Below the pieces are notes generated by a model that worked only from the letters and a program-made list of their open reading frames with translations, was not told the origin of the DNA and ran no database searches. From contig OX597822.1 in the NCBI GenBank assembly GCA_951406725.2, positions 40,114,001 through 40,178,000 of the forward strand: DNA of 64,000 nt, in the 5' to 3' direction. Positions within the stretch are counted from its first letter, which is position 1. Each line of letters begins with the position of its first letter. Shown here one piece after another: positions 13,291 to 26,630 of this stretch. A program made the position numbers and the translations under genes. The DNA is from Octopus vulgaris. Its lineage: Eukaryota.

Positions 13291-13571
13291 GTGTATATAT
13301 ATATATATATGTGTGTGTGTGCAAGTGTGTGTGTGTGTATATGTACATATATGTGCAAGTGTGTGTGTGTATATGTACATATATGTGCAAGTGTGTGTGT
13401 ATATGTACATATATGTGCAAGTGTGTGTGTATATGTACATATATGTGCAAGTGTGTGTGTATATGTACATATATGTGCAAGTGTGTGTGTGTATGTATAT
13501 ATGCATGCGTGTATATATGTATATATATATATATGTATGTGTATATATACGTTTATTTATGATTGTGTGTG

Positions 13572-13626
<55 letters not shown>

Positions 13627-13890
13627 GTGTATATCCATGTGTATGTATATATATGCATATATTTGTGTGTGTGTATAAATGCGTACGTGTCTGTGCTTGT
13701 GCTTGACCCACCCCACTGCTTGACGACAGGTGCTGGTTTGTTTCCATCCACATAACTTAAAGATTTGGCAAAATAGTACTGTAAAATGTGTCAGACTTTA
13801 AAATTAAGTATTGAGATCGATTTGTTCGACTAAATCCTTTCAGAGGATGCTCCAGCACGGACGCAGTCCAATGACAGAAGCAAGCAAGAA
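13045..13890 (+). mobile_element. SINE family A with internal microsatellite expanded to about 500 bp
   Basis: Diverged head 13045-13185, 30-bp periodic ATATGTACATATATGTGCAAGTGTGTGTGT, tail 13700-13890. Confidence 0.75.
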
Positions 13891-14631
13891 ATAACACACA
13901 CACATTTTATTGTGGAGCTTTCTAGGCATGAAACCATACCAGTAATATGATCACCAGTACATGTTGAATATAGTGTATATGTACATGTGCTGGTGTAAGC
14001 GTAACCGCTGTCGCAAATCCTGGGTCTCACAAGGCCAGGAACCCGGATCCCATGGTGTAGAAGTGAACAAGATCATGAAATTCCCCATTGAATGGAACGC
14101 CAGTCTGTTGCAGTGAGGAATTCCAACCACATTTGGTAGTTCGCTACCTCAACAGTTCCTTTATAGGATCCAGTGGCTAGAGACATCATTAGGAGAAACC
14201 ACGTCCGGTTTCGGCCCCGAGAAATGAAGTGATTTTACTCAAGAGCGCAACACACCATCCGGTCCGAGAATCGAAACCACGACCTTGCAATCGCGAGTGC
14301 AGCATCCTAACCACTTGGCCAGGTGTCTTAACCGCTGTCGGAGTGGAATGGGATCATTTTGGTGGTGTAATTACTTGCTGTGCGGAAGGTCGAGCTGCAT
14401 TGAAGTGGAGCGGGTTGCAAATATGTTGGAGAATTTCTTCACTGAAATCCGGCCGACCAAAATGGTTGAGAATTGGAGGAATAAAGAATTCCGTTAAGTT
14501 GGTCGAGATCCTGTTAAGAACCCATCTCTAAATCGCTTTCAGTTTGGCGGAAGGAGAGGTAATGGATTATGTATTGTATAACTACATCCTTTATTGTTTA
14601 AATGATATTGCAGGACAGCTTTTACTCGGCT

Positions 14632-15200
14632 GAGGCGCGCGAGTTAGTGGTTAGCGTATTTGACTCGCGATCAAAAGGACGCACGTTCGATTCTCGTCAG
14701 CAACATTGTGTCTTCGAATAAGACACTTTATTTCACGTTGCTCCATTCCACTCAGCTGGCAAAAAGTTGTATCTGTAATCTTGTCACGCTGAATCTCCTT
14801 AAAAACTACTACTTGGAGTGCTCAACCAGCTGCACGTTAATTTCCCAAGCAGGCTGTTTCGTTGATCGGATCAAATGAGTGGCTGTGTGGTACGTAGCTT
14901 GCTTACCTACTACATGCGTGGCAACTTGGGCAAGTGTCTTCTTCTATAGCCTCGGGCCGACTAAAGCCTTGTGAGTGGATTTGTCTCCCCAACATCGCTT
15001 GACAACCGATGGTGGTGTGTTTACGTCCCCGTAACTTAGCGGTTCGGCAAAAGAACCGATAGAATAAGTACTAGGCTTACAAAGAATAAGTCCTGGGGTC
15101 GCTTTGCTCGACTAAAGGCGGTGCTCCAGCATGGCAGCAGTCAAATGATGAAACAAGTAAAGAAAAAAAAAAGAATCGTCGTCGTAACCGACGGAGTGCC
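14632..15200 (+). mobile_element. tRNA-derived SINE family D with a nested family A copy (14877-15175)
   Basis: Host breaks after GTTGATCGGATCAAA and resumes at TCGTCGTCGTAACCGACGGAGTGCC; uninterrupted relative at 33098-33410. Confidence 0.85.
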
Positions 15201-15496
15201 GATTAAGCTGAGTAAAAGCTGTTCGGCTTGTAGAGGTAATGGATTATCTCTGTGTGGAAAACCATGTTCTTAGTCAGAACTGCAGCAGGGTAATATATCT
15301 TTTATCTTGTTTCAATCATTGGACGGAGGCCATTCTGGATCACCTCCTTGAAGGGTTTTAGTTAAAGAAATCGACTCCAGTATTTATTTTATATTTTGAA
15401 GCCTGCTAAGTTACGGGAACGTAAACTAACCACCACCGGTTGCCAAGCGATGATGCGAGGACGGGGGAGACAAACGCAAAGACTCAAACATGGACA

Positions 15497-15555
<59 letters not shown>

Positions 15556-16876
15556 GGGATGAGATTGTTTCAGTTACCGTCAGCCAAATCTGCTCACAAG
15601 GCTTTGGCCGACCCGAGGCTAGAGTAGAAAACATTTTGCCCAAGGTAGGTGCCACGCAGTGAGACTGAACTCAGAACCATATGGTTTGGGATGCAAACGT
15701 TTTGTCACACATCCACGACTGCCTCCACAAAGTAGACACAGTTTTTGTGGACGAACACAGGATGTATTTTCTTACTTAAAATGAAAGACTGGTTTGAATT
15801 ATCGACGGATATTTGCTGCGAGAAGGGAAAACTTAATTGCAAAGTGTACATTAGGATATTTGATGTAGTAAATCAAAGTATTTTTGTAGAAGTTCAAATT
15901 AAGATGTTGACTGACTGGAGTGAAGATCTGGGCGAGTCTCATCTCTCGCAGTATGATAACAATTGCTGACATGTTTCGGTGTTATTAGATCTCGTTACGA
16001 ATGTAAGGTATGAACGTCACTTTTTAACACTCTGTCTCTCTCTTTTATGTACCCACGCATGCTCACAAATTGTGCGTATATATATGAAGAGAACCCAGAG
16101 ACTTGGTTGCATTCGAAACTGGTAGTAGTTGCTTTGCACTCCCGAACTTGTTATATATACGAGCCGACAATAATTTCCCCTTTATATCCCAGAGAGGTAT
16201 GTATAGTGATAAATTACATGTGGTTATTGACGATTTAAAGTCAATTCTCGACATGTTTGGCATAGGAATTTTTTCTTTTACCCTTCGTTTTGGGATCCCC
16301 ACTACTTTATTATCTCCCTTTCTTCCTGGCGTTAAACTAATACATCCCGAGCATTAAACTAATACATCTGTTTGTTGTCTACACCACCTGTCTTCGTCTT
16401 TTTTTTTTTTTTTTTCGTGAATTCTCCCTACACACTCGCGCACGCGCATATTCTCCCAGAGCTTCATCTCTTCTGAATGAGGAAGCTCTCCCTGGATTTC
16501 TTCCACCGCTGTATGTTTCTGGCTAGTCGTAGCAGGTGGGATCATCTCGCCGTCTTATCTTTGGTCGTCGTTTTGATCTTGTTCACCATGATTGTCCATC
16601 TGTTGTCCTTCAATGTGGCCAGACGGTCGATATTTGTTCTCCCTGATTGTTTTTATGATGTCTTTGACCCTCAGGAATGTATAAAGGCGATTTTTTAAAA
16701 ATATTTTAACTTGTTTCAGTCATTGGACTGTGCCCATGCAACAGCACCACTTGGAAAAGTTTAGTGGAACATATCGACCCCACGACGTATTTTATTAAAA
16801 CTTGGTACTTAATCAATCCACCTCTTTTGACGAACCGCTAAGCTAAGATGGCAGGGATCACACGCACGCACACACG

Positions 16877-16917
<41 letters not shown>

Positions 16918-16924
16918 CTTACCG

Positions 16925-17096
16925 TACAGTGGATGTGTGGTAAAATGCTTGCTTCCAAACCACATGGTTCCCGGTTCAGTCCCACTGCATGGCACGTTGG
17001 ACAAATGTCTTCTGCTACAGTTTCAGGCCGAATAAAGCTTTGTGAATGGATTTGGTTAATGGAAACCGAAAGAACCCCGTTGTGTATGTATGTGTG

Positions 17097-17146
<50 letters not shown>

Positions 17147-17370
17147 TACAATGTGTGTTTTTGTATGTGTTTGTCCCCCGCCACCACTGGACGACCGGTG
17201 TTGGTGTGTTTACGCTCCAGTAACTTAGCGGTTTGGCAAATGAGACCGATAAAGTAAGTACCAGGCTTAATAAAAAATAAGTATTGGGGTGGATTCACCC
17301 GACTAGAAATTCTTTAAGCCGGTGCCCCAGCTTGGCTGCAGTCTAATGATTGAAACTAGTAAAAGATAAC
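16925..17370 (+). mobile_element. SINE family A, flanked by opposite-strand family A fragments
   Basis: Full block order; minus-strand fragments at about 16705-16850 and 17385-17490. Confidence 0.8.
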
Positions 17371-18084
17371 ACGCACACACATACACAACGTCAGGCTTCT
17401 TTCATATTCTATCGACCAAATCGAGTCACAAAGCTTTGATGGGCTGTAGGAAAAACTTACCCTAGGTGCCACGCCGTGGGACAGAACCCATCTTTTACTA
17501 GTATCAATTATTAGACTGCATATTTCTGTTAGCTATTTCTTGAATTAGTTCGTGTCGAACCGCGAACTTATAGGATACAGTTCACGCAGCAACACCGAAA
17601 ACACGAACCCAGCGCAAATACTTACATCTAGATATCAATATGAGAACATGAACAACGATTTTGACACAGTATCATTACATCTGACACTAAATTCCAGCTT
17701 TCCTTACACACAAGCTTGTGGAGAGTATCAGGAATCAGGCGGCATGGTCTTGTGACAACCGGAGAGTAAAAGAGATAATTTATGTGAGACCGATTGATAG
17801 ATAACTTTATCTGATTATCACGTTGGAGACGATTGTGTCACACATATAGAGACGAAATGCAAGCCTCGTTGTGAATGCACTCAGCTGGATGTTAGCTCGG
17901 TATCCGCTCCGGTTCTCTAATGGTTCTCTGTCTCTCTTTTGGTTTCTCCAAAGAAGAAATTAACCATAGCTAGACTCTATGTAGGGCTGGGTTCCACCAG
18001 GTTTAATGGTTCGAATTCCACTGAGGTTAACTTTGACTTTTATACTTTCGAGGTTGACAGAGTAACAGTCCAGTATTTATTCTC

Positions 18085-18495
18085 TGGGGAAGAGTGATTA
18101 AGTAAGAAAAAGGAATGAATGTATGAGGGAGAAGGGAAGTGATATAAAAAATGAGCAGACGATATATGAGGAAGTGGTGCTGGTATGAGGAGAATGATGT
18201 ACGAGAGAGTAAGAGGGGAAGAGAAGAAACATAAAGGAAACAAAAGGATATCAACATAAAATAGAAAACAGGGGAAGAGGAGGAGAGTAGAAGTTATAGA
18301 GGAAATAGTAGGAGGAGGAATTCACAATGTAAATGATAAATGGAGAGAGAGAGAGAGATGAAGGGGGAGAAAGAACGAAAAAAAGGAAAATGTAGTGGTA
18401 GTAGCTGGTTTAGAGAGAGAGAGAGAGAGAAAGTGTGTGTGAGAGAGGAAGATAGCAGACGACAAAAGTCAGAGGTGAAGGGAGAGGAGGAAAGT
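18085..18495. repeat. Copy 1 of a local duplication of about 410 bp (copy 2 at about 20065-20465)
   Basis: Colinear blocks GGGGAAGAGTGAT, GAGCAGACGA, GAGGAGGAATTCACAAT and AGATAGCAGACGACAAAAGTC occur in both. Confidence 0.85.
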
Positions 18496-19170
18496 AACAG
18501 TCCAGCATTCATTCTGTGTCTCTCTTTTGGTTTCTCCAAAGAAGAAATTAACCATAGCCAGACTCTGTAGGGCTGAGCTCCACCAGGTTTAAAGTACCCA
18601 AAACGCACCATGTATTACCATAGCCCCCTTACGATTTCATTAGATATTTAGGGGTCAAGTAAGAAATGTGTGCGCACGCGTTAATTTTAATGATCCTTAA
18701 CTAATTGCCATCTATAACGCTTTTCTGAAGTTATCAAAGGCATATAAAGTTGGAGCGAGTTAGGGGATATGCTCTGATCGATTCTGGAATTATCTAGAAT
18801 GGACTGCGGATCGGTCCAGTGGATACCCTTTTTAACCCCTTAAACTATATATGGGTTTGCGTGTATGTGTACGTCTATGTATGTGTTTGTGTATACATTT
18901 ATATGCGTGTATGTTTATGTTTGGTATATATAGGTGATGCAAATAGGAAAAATAGAACTCAGAATATGTATATTTTGATTAATATTTAGCAGAAGCAACA
19001 GGGTGGCTTGAGGGCCGAGAGTTTCGTGCGTTGATACTAAACAAGCTAGTTGCAGATGTAAGAGGTATGGATATATATATATAAACAGTGGTGTGTATAT
19101 ATAGTAAGACAACAAAAGAATGAAAGAGACCTCTATATTATGTAAATAGAGGAATTTATTTGTAATATAA

Positions 19171-19282
19171 TGTGACAATTATTCGGTAGCCATGATAAAA
19201 CTCCGAGTTTCGGAGATGGCGGCGTGGGTTTCCGTCCCGACATCCGAGACTCGGAGTTTTATCATGGCTACCGAATAATTGT

Positions 19283-19286
<4 letters not shown>
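19171..19286. repeat. Near-perfect hairpin with 44-bp arms (MITE-like)
   Basis: 19171-19214 is the reverse complement of 19243-19286 with one mismatch; TG...CA ends. Confidence 0.9.
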
Positions 19287-19330
<44 letters not shown>

Positions 19331-19418
19331 GTATATATAAATGTGTGTGTATGTATGCATGTGTGTGTATGCATGCGTGTGTATGTATGCATGCGTACAT
19401 GTGTGTATGTATGCGTGC

Positions 19419-19472
<54 letters not shown>

Positions 19473-20699
19473 CGAGAGAGAGAAACCTGAATGTAGGGAA
19501 ATTAAATGAAGGGTTGAAAAGCGGGAAAGAGTATGCGAGTCTGAGAGATGCCGTGAGAGGAGAAAGAAAGACGAAAATACAGGGAGTTTGAGAAAACGTG
19601 TGGGAATTGCAGAGAGAAAGGTGAGAGGTAGCAGCATAAAGGCACACGTGTATGTATGTTTGTGTGTATGCACGCACACATAGATAGATAGGGAGATAGT
19701 GTGTGTGTGATGCGGAGAGTGATAGAAAGTATGTGTAGTAAAGAGAGCGGGAAATAAGGGATGGGGTCTCAGAATGATGCTGAATAATGAGAGGAGGAGG
19801 AGGAGGATCTGAGTTTATAATAAAAGATGGGGAGCTAAGGGGGAGCAGTTAGTGAGAGAGAGAAAGAGAGAGAGAGAGAGAAAAGATAGTGGGGAATAAG
19901 ATTCGCACAAGGCAGACGATAAAAGAGGAGGAGGAGGGACAGAATGGGTAATGTAGGGAAGGAGGATGTCTTGAGAAACGATGTGTGGTGGTGTTGGTGA
20001 GAAGGTGATTAAAAGTGGTGGGAGTGGACTGGATGGTGTAAAGGATGTAATGAATGAGAGGGAGGGGGAAGAGTGATAAAGTAAGAGAAAGGAATGAATG
20101 TGTGAGGGAGGGGGAAGTGGTGTAAAAATTGAGCAGACGACAAATGAGGAAGTGGTGATGGTATGAGGAGAATAATGAACGAGAAAGATTGAGAATAGGA
20201 GAGGGGGAGAGAAGAAGAAACGTAAATGAAACAAAAGGATACCATTATGAAGTAGAAAACAGGGGAAGAGGAGGAAAGTAGAAGTTTATGGAAGAAATAG
20301 TAGGAGAGGAGGAATTCACAATATCAATGATAGAGAGAGAGAGAGAGAGAAGATGAAGGGGGAGAAAGAACGAAAGCAAGGAAAATGTAGTTGTAGTTTT
20401 AGTAGCTGGATTAGAGAGAGAAAGATAGCAGACGACAAAAGTCGGAGGCGAAGGGAGAGGAGGAAAGACACAACATAAGAAATATAAATGATTTAGAGAG
20501 AGAATGAGAAGGGGAGGAGAAAGAGAAAGTGTATAAATGAACGAGAGAGAGAAATAGTGTGTTGCGCGTAAAAAAAAAATCTGAAAGGAAGCAGACGACA
20601 AGTGTAGGGAGGCGCAGGAAGAGGAGACGAGGATGTGGTCAGCATGACAATGCAAGAGTGGGAGTAGGAGGTATATGAGTAGAAGTAGTAGGAGTTTGC

Positions 20700-20836
20700 G
20701 TTTATATTCAAAGTAAAGTGACGCTTGCGCAGAACTCTTGTGGTGTTTAGTGTGAGACAGTTGTGTGTCGGACTGTAGCAGATCTTGGTTCACCATTTCA
20801 CCCTCATCGGACTTAACAGCTTCATCAAATGTGAGT
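20700..20836 (+). promoter_or_regulatory. Candidate promoter and non-coding first exon of the SLC1A gene
   Basis: Purine-rich tract upstream, TTTATATT at 20701, TGACG at about 20719, non-repetitive stretch ending in donor GTGAGT at 20831. Confidence 0.35.
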
Positions 20837-21385
20837 GGGGAGAGAGAGCAAGACCTATATATATCTATATGTATATGCAACTCGGTGTCTGTCTTGTATT
20901 GTGGTTTAGCCCCTGGTCACCCTGATCGAACGACACGTTCCAACTATGACCATCGGGACTTTGGTAGTTTACATCTAGAACTACTATGTAGTCAAATATA
21001 CTTATCCTCCTGCATTTAAGCTAGCTGTGTGTTTTCTTTTTTTTTTTAAAAAAAAAACAACACTTGGTTGTTATTTCTAGCAGTACGATTCTCTATTATG
21101 TAGCTAAACTGTATGTCTGAGTGTGATACTGGATAGACGGGAACCGGGTGGAAAAAGCTCACCGGATGGATTGTACCTGTTGCTGAAAGGTTCAGCTTTG
21201 TTTTTATATAGTGCCATTACTACGTGTGGATTACGCTTAAAGCTCCATGTCCCTGCTATTACATAATTAGTATGTGGCTCAGGTGATGAAATAATTCGGA
21301 CTACACATCGTCGATATAGACAGACTCGTTTCTTTCAATTCATGTATGCTCGTATTAATATATGAACACACACACACACACACAG

Positions 21386-21432
<47 letters not shown>

Positions 21433-21775
21433 TACACGTAAACACGCACACATGCACGCATATGTATGTATGAATATGTGTAGAGTGTGAGCCTGTTGCA
21501 GCAGCCGGAATATAGATTACCTGTTGACAGTTATCGATACCTTTTGCGAGTGTGTATAGTGTGTGTGTGTCTTTGTATGAATGTGTGTATGGTTTCACCA
21601 CGACAGTAGTAACAAGTAGAGGAAGAGGACGTGTTATGATAACAACAGTAGCAGCAATAACAAGACGAGTTTACTACTACTACTACTAGTGACAAAAGCA
21701 GTATAAGTGTCACCACTGTTATTACCAACACCACCACTATCACCATCACCATCATCTTCAGCACACATACACACA

Positions 21776-21807
<32 letters not shown>

Positions 21808-22197
21808 CTTACATATGCTCATATTTAAGCACTTGCACACATACACACACACTTATATATGCATAGAAAAAGTGTGTGTGTGTGATGGCTATAACACGAG
21901 GGTTAAATAGCTGCACATGTACGGATAGATGTATGCATACACGAGGGTGTGTATACCTGACGCCCCAGCTTGCAGAAAGAGCAGGCAAAAAACTCCCTCA
22001 AATCGCTCTAATCAGCTTCGAAAATGGACACACAAAATAACATTCCTGACGAGATGGTCACAGCTGTACATTCTGTGGCCAACTACAACTGGATCATGAC
22101 CGACCCAGTGTTAAACAGCAGCAGTCATAGCTCCATACACACATGCAGGTGCAAACACACCATATGCTGGTATACAGAAAAATCTATATGCACTTGC

Positions 22198-22237
<40 letters not shown>

Positions 22238-22369
22238 ATAGGTGCATGTATATATGCACTCACAAGACTATGCACATATATGCATAAACACATACATATA
22301 CACATGCAGACTCATCTAAAGAAACGGAAAAGTGCATACACTTGTAGTCATGATATATGCATGCGTGTG

Positions 22370-22401
<32 letters not shown>

Positions 22402-23481
22402 CACACACACACACTCTCGTATATACACATATTTATTTAGAAAACCCCAGGCATTTACCTTTCTCCAAACTTAAACATATGCTTTTAACTTAGCATACAT
22501 GTTTAGTTTTTCATACCTCAACTTAACATCTGTCTACCTTCACTGTCAACACATGCGTATATACATAAGTGTATATACACACATAAACACGTACACCCAC
22601 ATACAACTAATATATATGTAATATCAGTGCAAATGCGTGTGTGAATGCAGGCCTACGCATAGTTGTGTGTATGTATATGCATTTTGTGCGTTGCGTGGTA
22701 ATGCATGTATTTGTGTGTAAGTACGGCCCGCTAATCATTTATATGTTGATGTGTGTACATAGACATTAAGAAGAATATTTCATTAGACGAGGTGTTACGT
22801 GTTTCGACAAGAATTGTCGCGCTGAATACGCATGTGTATCTGTGTGTTTAGTGCATGCATGCATGTAAGTATGTGTGCATATGCATATATATATATAGGT
22901 GTATAAGCATGTGTCTCCATCCATCCGTACGTACGTATGAGCGAATATGTGTTTTCGTAGTTGGTGTTTATGCTAGTTAGCAAGCCAGTGAGTGAAAAGG
23001 ATGCTTGTGATCTTGTCTATCTTTGTACTAAGTTGACTGGCAGTTGTCGGGTTGTAACGTAGAAAGGCTGTATGTGTGACATTCATATTATGTAGGTATA
23101 TATGTTGGCGGGCGTGTCTCTGTGTATGTGAGTTTGTCTGTGTGGCTGCTACTATATTGTAGCTTCTTTCATGTTTCTCTTAACTGTGCTCGAGTGTAGA
23201 AGCGTAGAGCGTGATACGGTTAATACAAGTAAATGAATTGATATATAGCTAGGTAGATTTACAGGTAACTAATGATCGATAAGGATATACAGGCAGATGA
23301 TTATATGATTAAATAGATAGCAACGCAGACAAATGTCACCATAGATTTTATGTATGTATATGTATATTATGTATGTATATATGTATGTATTATGTATGTA
23401 TTATGTATGTATGTGTGTGTGTGTGTGTGAGTATACAATTTCCATATAATAACTTTAATTAATTTCTCTTTCTTTTGACAG

Positions 23482-24327
23482 TGTGAACTTCAATCGGATC
23501 CCTGAAATCGAAAATTTCCTGGCTGAGATTCGGAACCTTTGCAAAATTCGATTGGGACGGAGAATTTTTACCTGTCCATCTGCTGCTTCTTTTGCTGCTG
23601 CTGTGCAACAGATACTGCTGCTTCAGCTGGTGTTGTTACTGCTGCTGCGCTCACAGTTTACACCTGTGTCTGTCTATATAACTGACCAATTTCAAAACAA
23701 TACGCACATACATATATCTACATACGTATACGCGTCCTATTGATTTTATCATATATATCTGCATCTATATACATATATACGCCAGTGTGTCTATATAGGA
23801 AGACACAGGAAAGTAACACATAACATAAAACGGAACCTGGTCCGGGATTTGTACCACTACAAGCTGGGATCTTACCATTTATCACTGTGTAGCGACTTTC
23901 TCATTTCCGTATACACACATTTGAATATCCGTTTTATACTCCCACATACACATCCGTACATATCCACCGTCACCTGTCCATCTATCTTTTATTAACACCA
24001 CCACGACCAACAGCAGCATACGCACATAATCCGAAAACACCCACAAACGCTCCCAAGAAAATACCCATATACTACCCAGCCCAGTTACCCACCTATATAT
24101 ATAAATATTATATGATATACAAATGCATATATAATACTTAACCATAGACACACAACACTTTATATATATTATATATACATACTTACACACTTATATACAA
24201 ATATCCATTCCCACATTCGTGTATATATACATATATTTATTTAACAAAAGTACGTCAGGCTGTATTCACATCTGGAGTAATCCTATTGCCGTGATTTCGC
24301 TTTGAAAGATTCTTCAATTTTCCCGCC
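23482..24327 (+). other. Probable 5' UTR portion of the first coding exon
   Basis: Acceptor TTTCTCTTTCTTTTGACAG ends at 23481; only two ATGs in 846 nt; no recognisable SINE inside. Confidence 0.6.
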
Positions 24328-24866
24328 ATGGAGAACGAATCAAGCAATTCGGGGAAGGTGAACACTCACGTTTTCGTTAGTAGCCCTGATGAAGACACGA
24401 GTCGTGCTGGACACCTGAAAAAATTCGGCAAACAATTCGGGAAGAGATGCTTGTCAGCGGGCAAAGAAAACCTTCTGCTGATCTTGTTGTTAGGGTCCGT
24501 GATTTTCGGATGCGCCGTCGGTTTCCTCGTTCGCGCCGTACGGCCGTCAATGATGACAAACAAACGTGAAGTGATGTACCTGATGTTCCCCGGTGAAATG
24601 CTCATGAGGATGTTGCGTATGTTAATTTTACCCCTCATCATGTCCAGTCTCATCTCAGGAATTGCTGGTCTCGATGCTAAAACCTGTGGTAAAATGGGCT
24701 TAAGGACTATCGGCTATTTCGCGTCCACCACAATCATCTCTGTGGTGACTGGAATTATCATGTGCGTAACAATTCAGCCTGGAAGTGGCAAGAGCTCCGA
24801 AAAACTGAAACGATATGGTTCAACCAAGAGAGTTAACTCCGTTGATACCTTCCTGGATTTAATCAG
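24328..24866 (+). CDS. Excitatory amino acid transporter (SLC1A/EAAT, dicarboxylate/amino acid:cation symporter family), first coding exon, TM1-TM3
   Basis: GCCATGG start; KENLLL, REVMYLMFPGEMLMRMLRMLILPLIMSSLISGIAGLDAKTCGKMGLR, TIQPG, VDTFLDLIR; phase-2 donor AG/GTGAGT at 24867. Paralogue not assignable by eye. Confidence 0.96.
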
Positions 24867-25164
24867 GTGAGTAACCCCGACATTATCATTACTTAACATT
24901 AATCCGGATGCAAGTGGCTCTGTGAGCATGCAACCCTTCTCTCTCCTCCTCTACCTCCTCCTCTCCCACCTCTTCTCCCTCTCTCCTCCTCTTCCTCCCT
25001 CTCTGTCTCTTTCCCTAACTGTCATTGGGTGCATGTGTGTATGTATGAGAGAGAGAGAGAGTATTGTGCACGAGTGTATAGATACATGGCCACATGGTAC
25101 ATTTATATATGTCCATGAACGTGTGTTTGTAACTGTATGCATATAATTACGTTTCTACATGTAG

Positions 25165-25218
<54 letters not shown>

Positions 25219-25357
25219 ATAAATGTATGTGTCCATAAATGTATGTGTGCAACTGTGTTTATATGTACAAGTACATCTGTATGTAGGTGAATATATCTAT
25301 GTATATGACCATGGATGTATGTCTATAAGTGTGTATATGCACATATATACGGGTGTG

Positions 25358-25398
<41 letters not shown>

Positions 25399-26210
25399 TT
25401 TTGTATATCTATGGATGTATGTGTATAACTGTTATGAGTATGTATACGAGTGTGCAGTTACCTATACCAGTGTATATCCATGTATGTGTCTGACTGTGTG
25501 TGTATGTACATGCATGAATATGTTTATACATATATCTGTATGTATATGCCTGTGGGTGTATGTCTATAACTACATACTACCATGTATGTATATATCTACG
25601 CGTGTGTGTATGTGTCTACGTCTGGGTTGTATATCTGTGTGTACATGCACGTGTGTATGTGTGTGTGTGCGTATATATGTCTGTTGTAAGTCCATATCTG
25701 TATGTGCATCTGTCTGTCTGTCTGCGGGTTTTTCATATATGCTAATGGTTTTATGTATGTCTATCTCGGTGCACGGACGCATCTGTGTATGCGTGTTTGT
25801 GTGTGTACGTGTGGTGTTTCTATTTGGAACTTTGAGGGTGGAGTAGAGCGAGAGAAGGGTTAAGAAGTGACAGCGGATGAGAAATATTCTTTCGATTTTC
25901 CTTTCTTTTTATTATAATTATGATTGTTATGCATGCGCGCGCGCACACACACAGATATATATATAGACATACACACGTATGATTATGCATATATGTGTAT
26001 TTATGTGTGTGGGTGCGTGTTTTGGGAAAGACTACTGCAAGATTTTTTCAGATTTTTTTTTTAGATCCGTTCACATATTACTATATATATAACCTCTACA
26101 CTCACATACCTATCGTACCACAATATATACCCCCACCACCCATATACATAGCCACGCATACATTACAAAGAAATTTGTTTAAAAATGTTAATTTAACATT
26201 GTAATTTGTT

Positions 26211-26630
26211 AGGAGTGGTTGTGTAGTAAGAAGCTTGCTTACCAACCACATGGTTCCGGGTTCAGTCCCACTGTGTGACACCTTGGGCAAGTGTCTTCTA
26301 CTATAGCTTCGGGTCGACCAAAGTCTTGTGAGCGGATTTGATAGACGGAAACCGAAAGAAGACCGTCGTGTATGTATATATATATATATACACACACACG
26401 TGTGTGTGTGTGTGAGTGTATATGTTTGTGTGTACGTCCCTCCCCCAACATCGCTTGACAGCCAATGCTGGTGTGTTTACGTCCCCGTAACTTAGCGGTT
26501 CGGCAAAAGGGTCCAATAGAATAAGTACTAGGCTTACAAGGAATAAGTCCTGGGGTCGATTTGCTCGACTGAAGGCAGTGCTCCAGCATGGCCGCAGTCA
26601 AGATGACTGAAACAAAGAATAAAAGAATAT
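26211..26630 (+). mobile_element. SINE family A, full length
   Basis: All blocks intact. Confidence 0.9.

Noticed and set aside
24386-24410. CTGATGA inside the CDS (also near 8738, 57841 and 58113) as hammerhead cores
   Set aside because: No correctly placed GAAA and stems; 58097-58130 is only a 14-bp hairpin.
24366-24653. Antisense ORFs overlapping the transporter exon
   Set aside because: Shadow frames of the real CDS.
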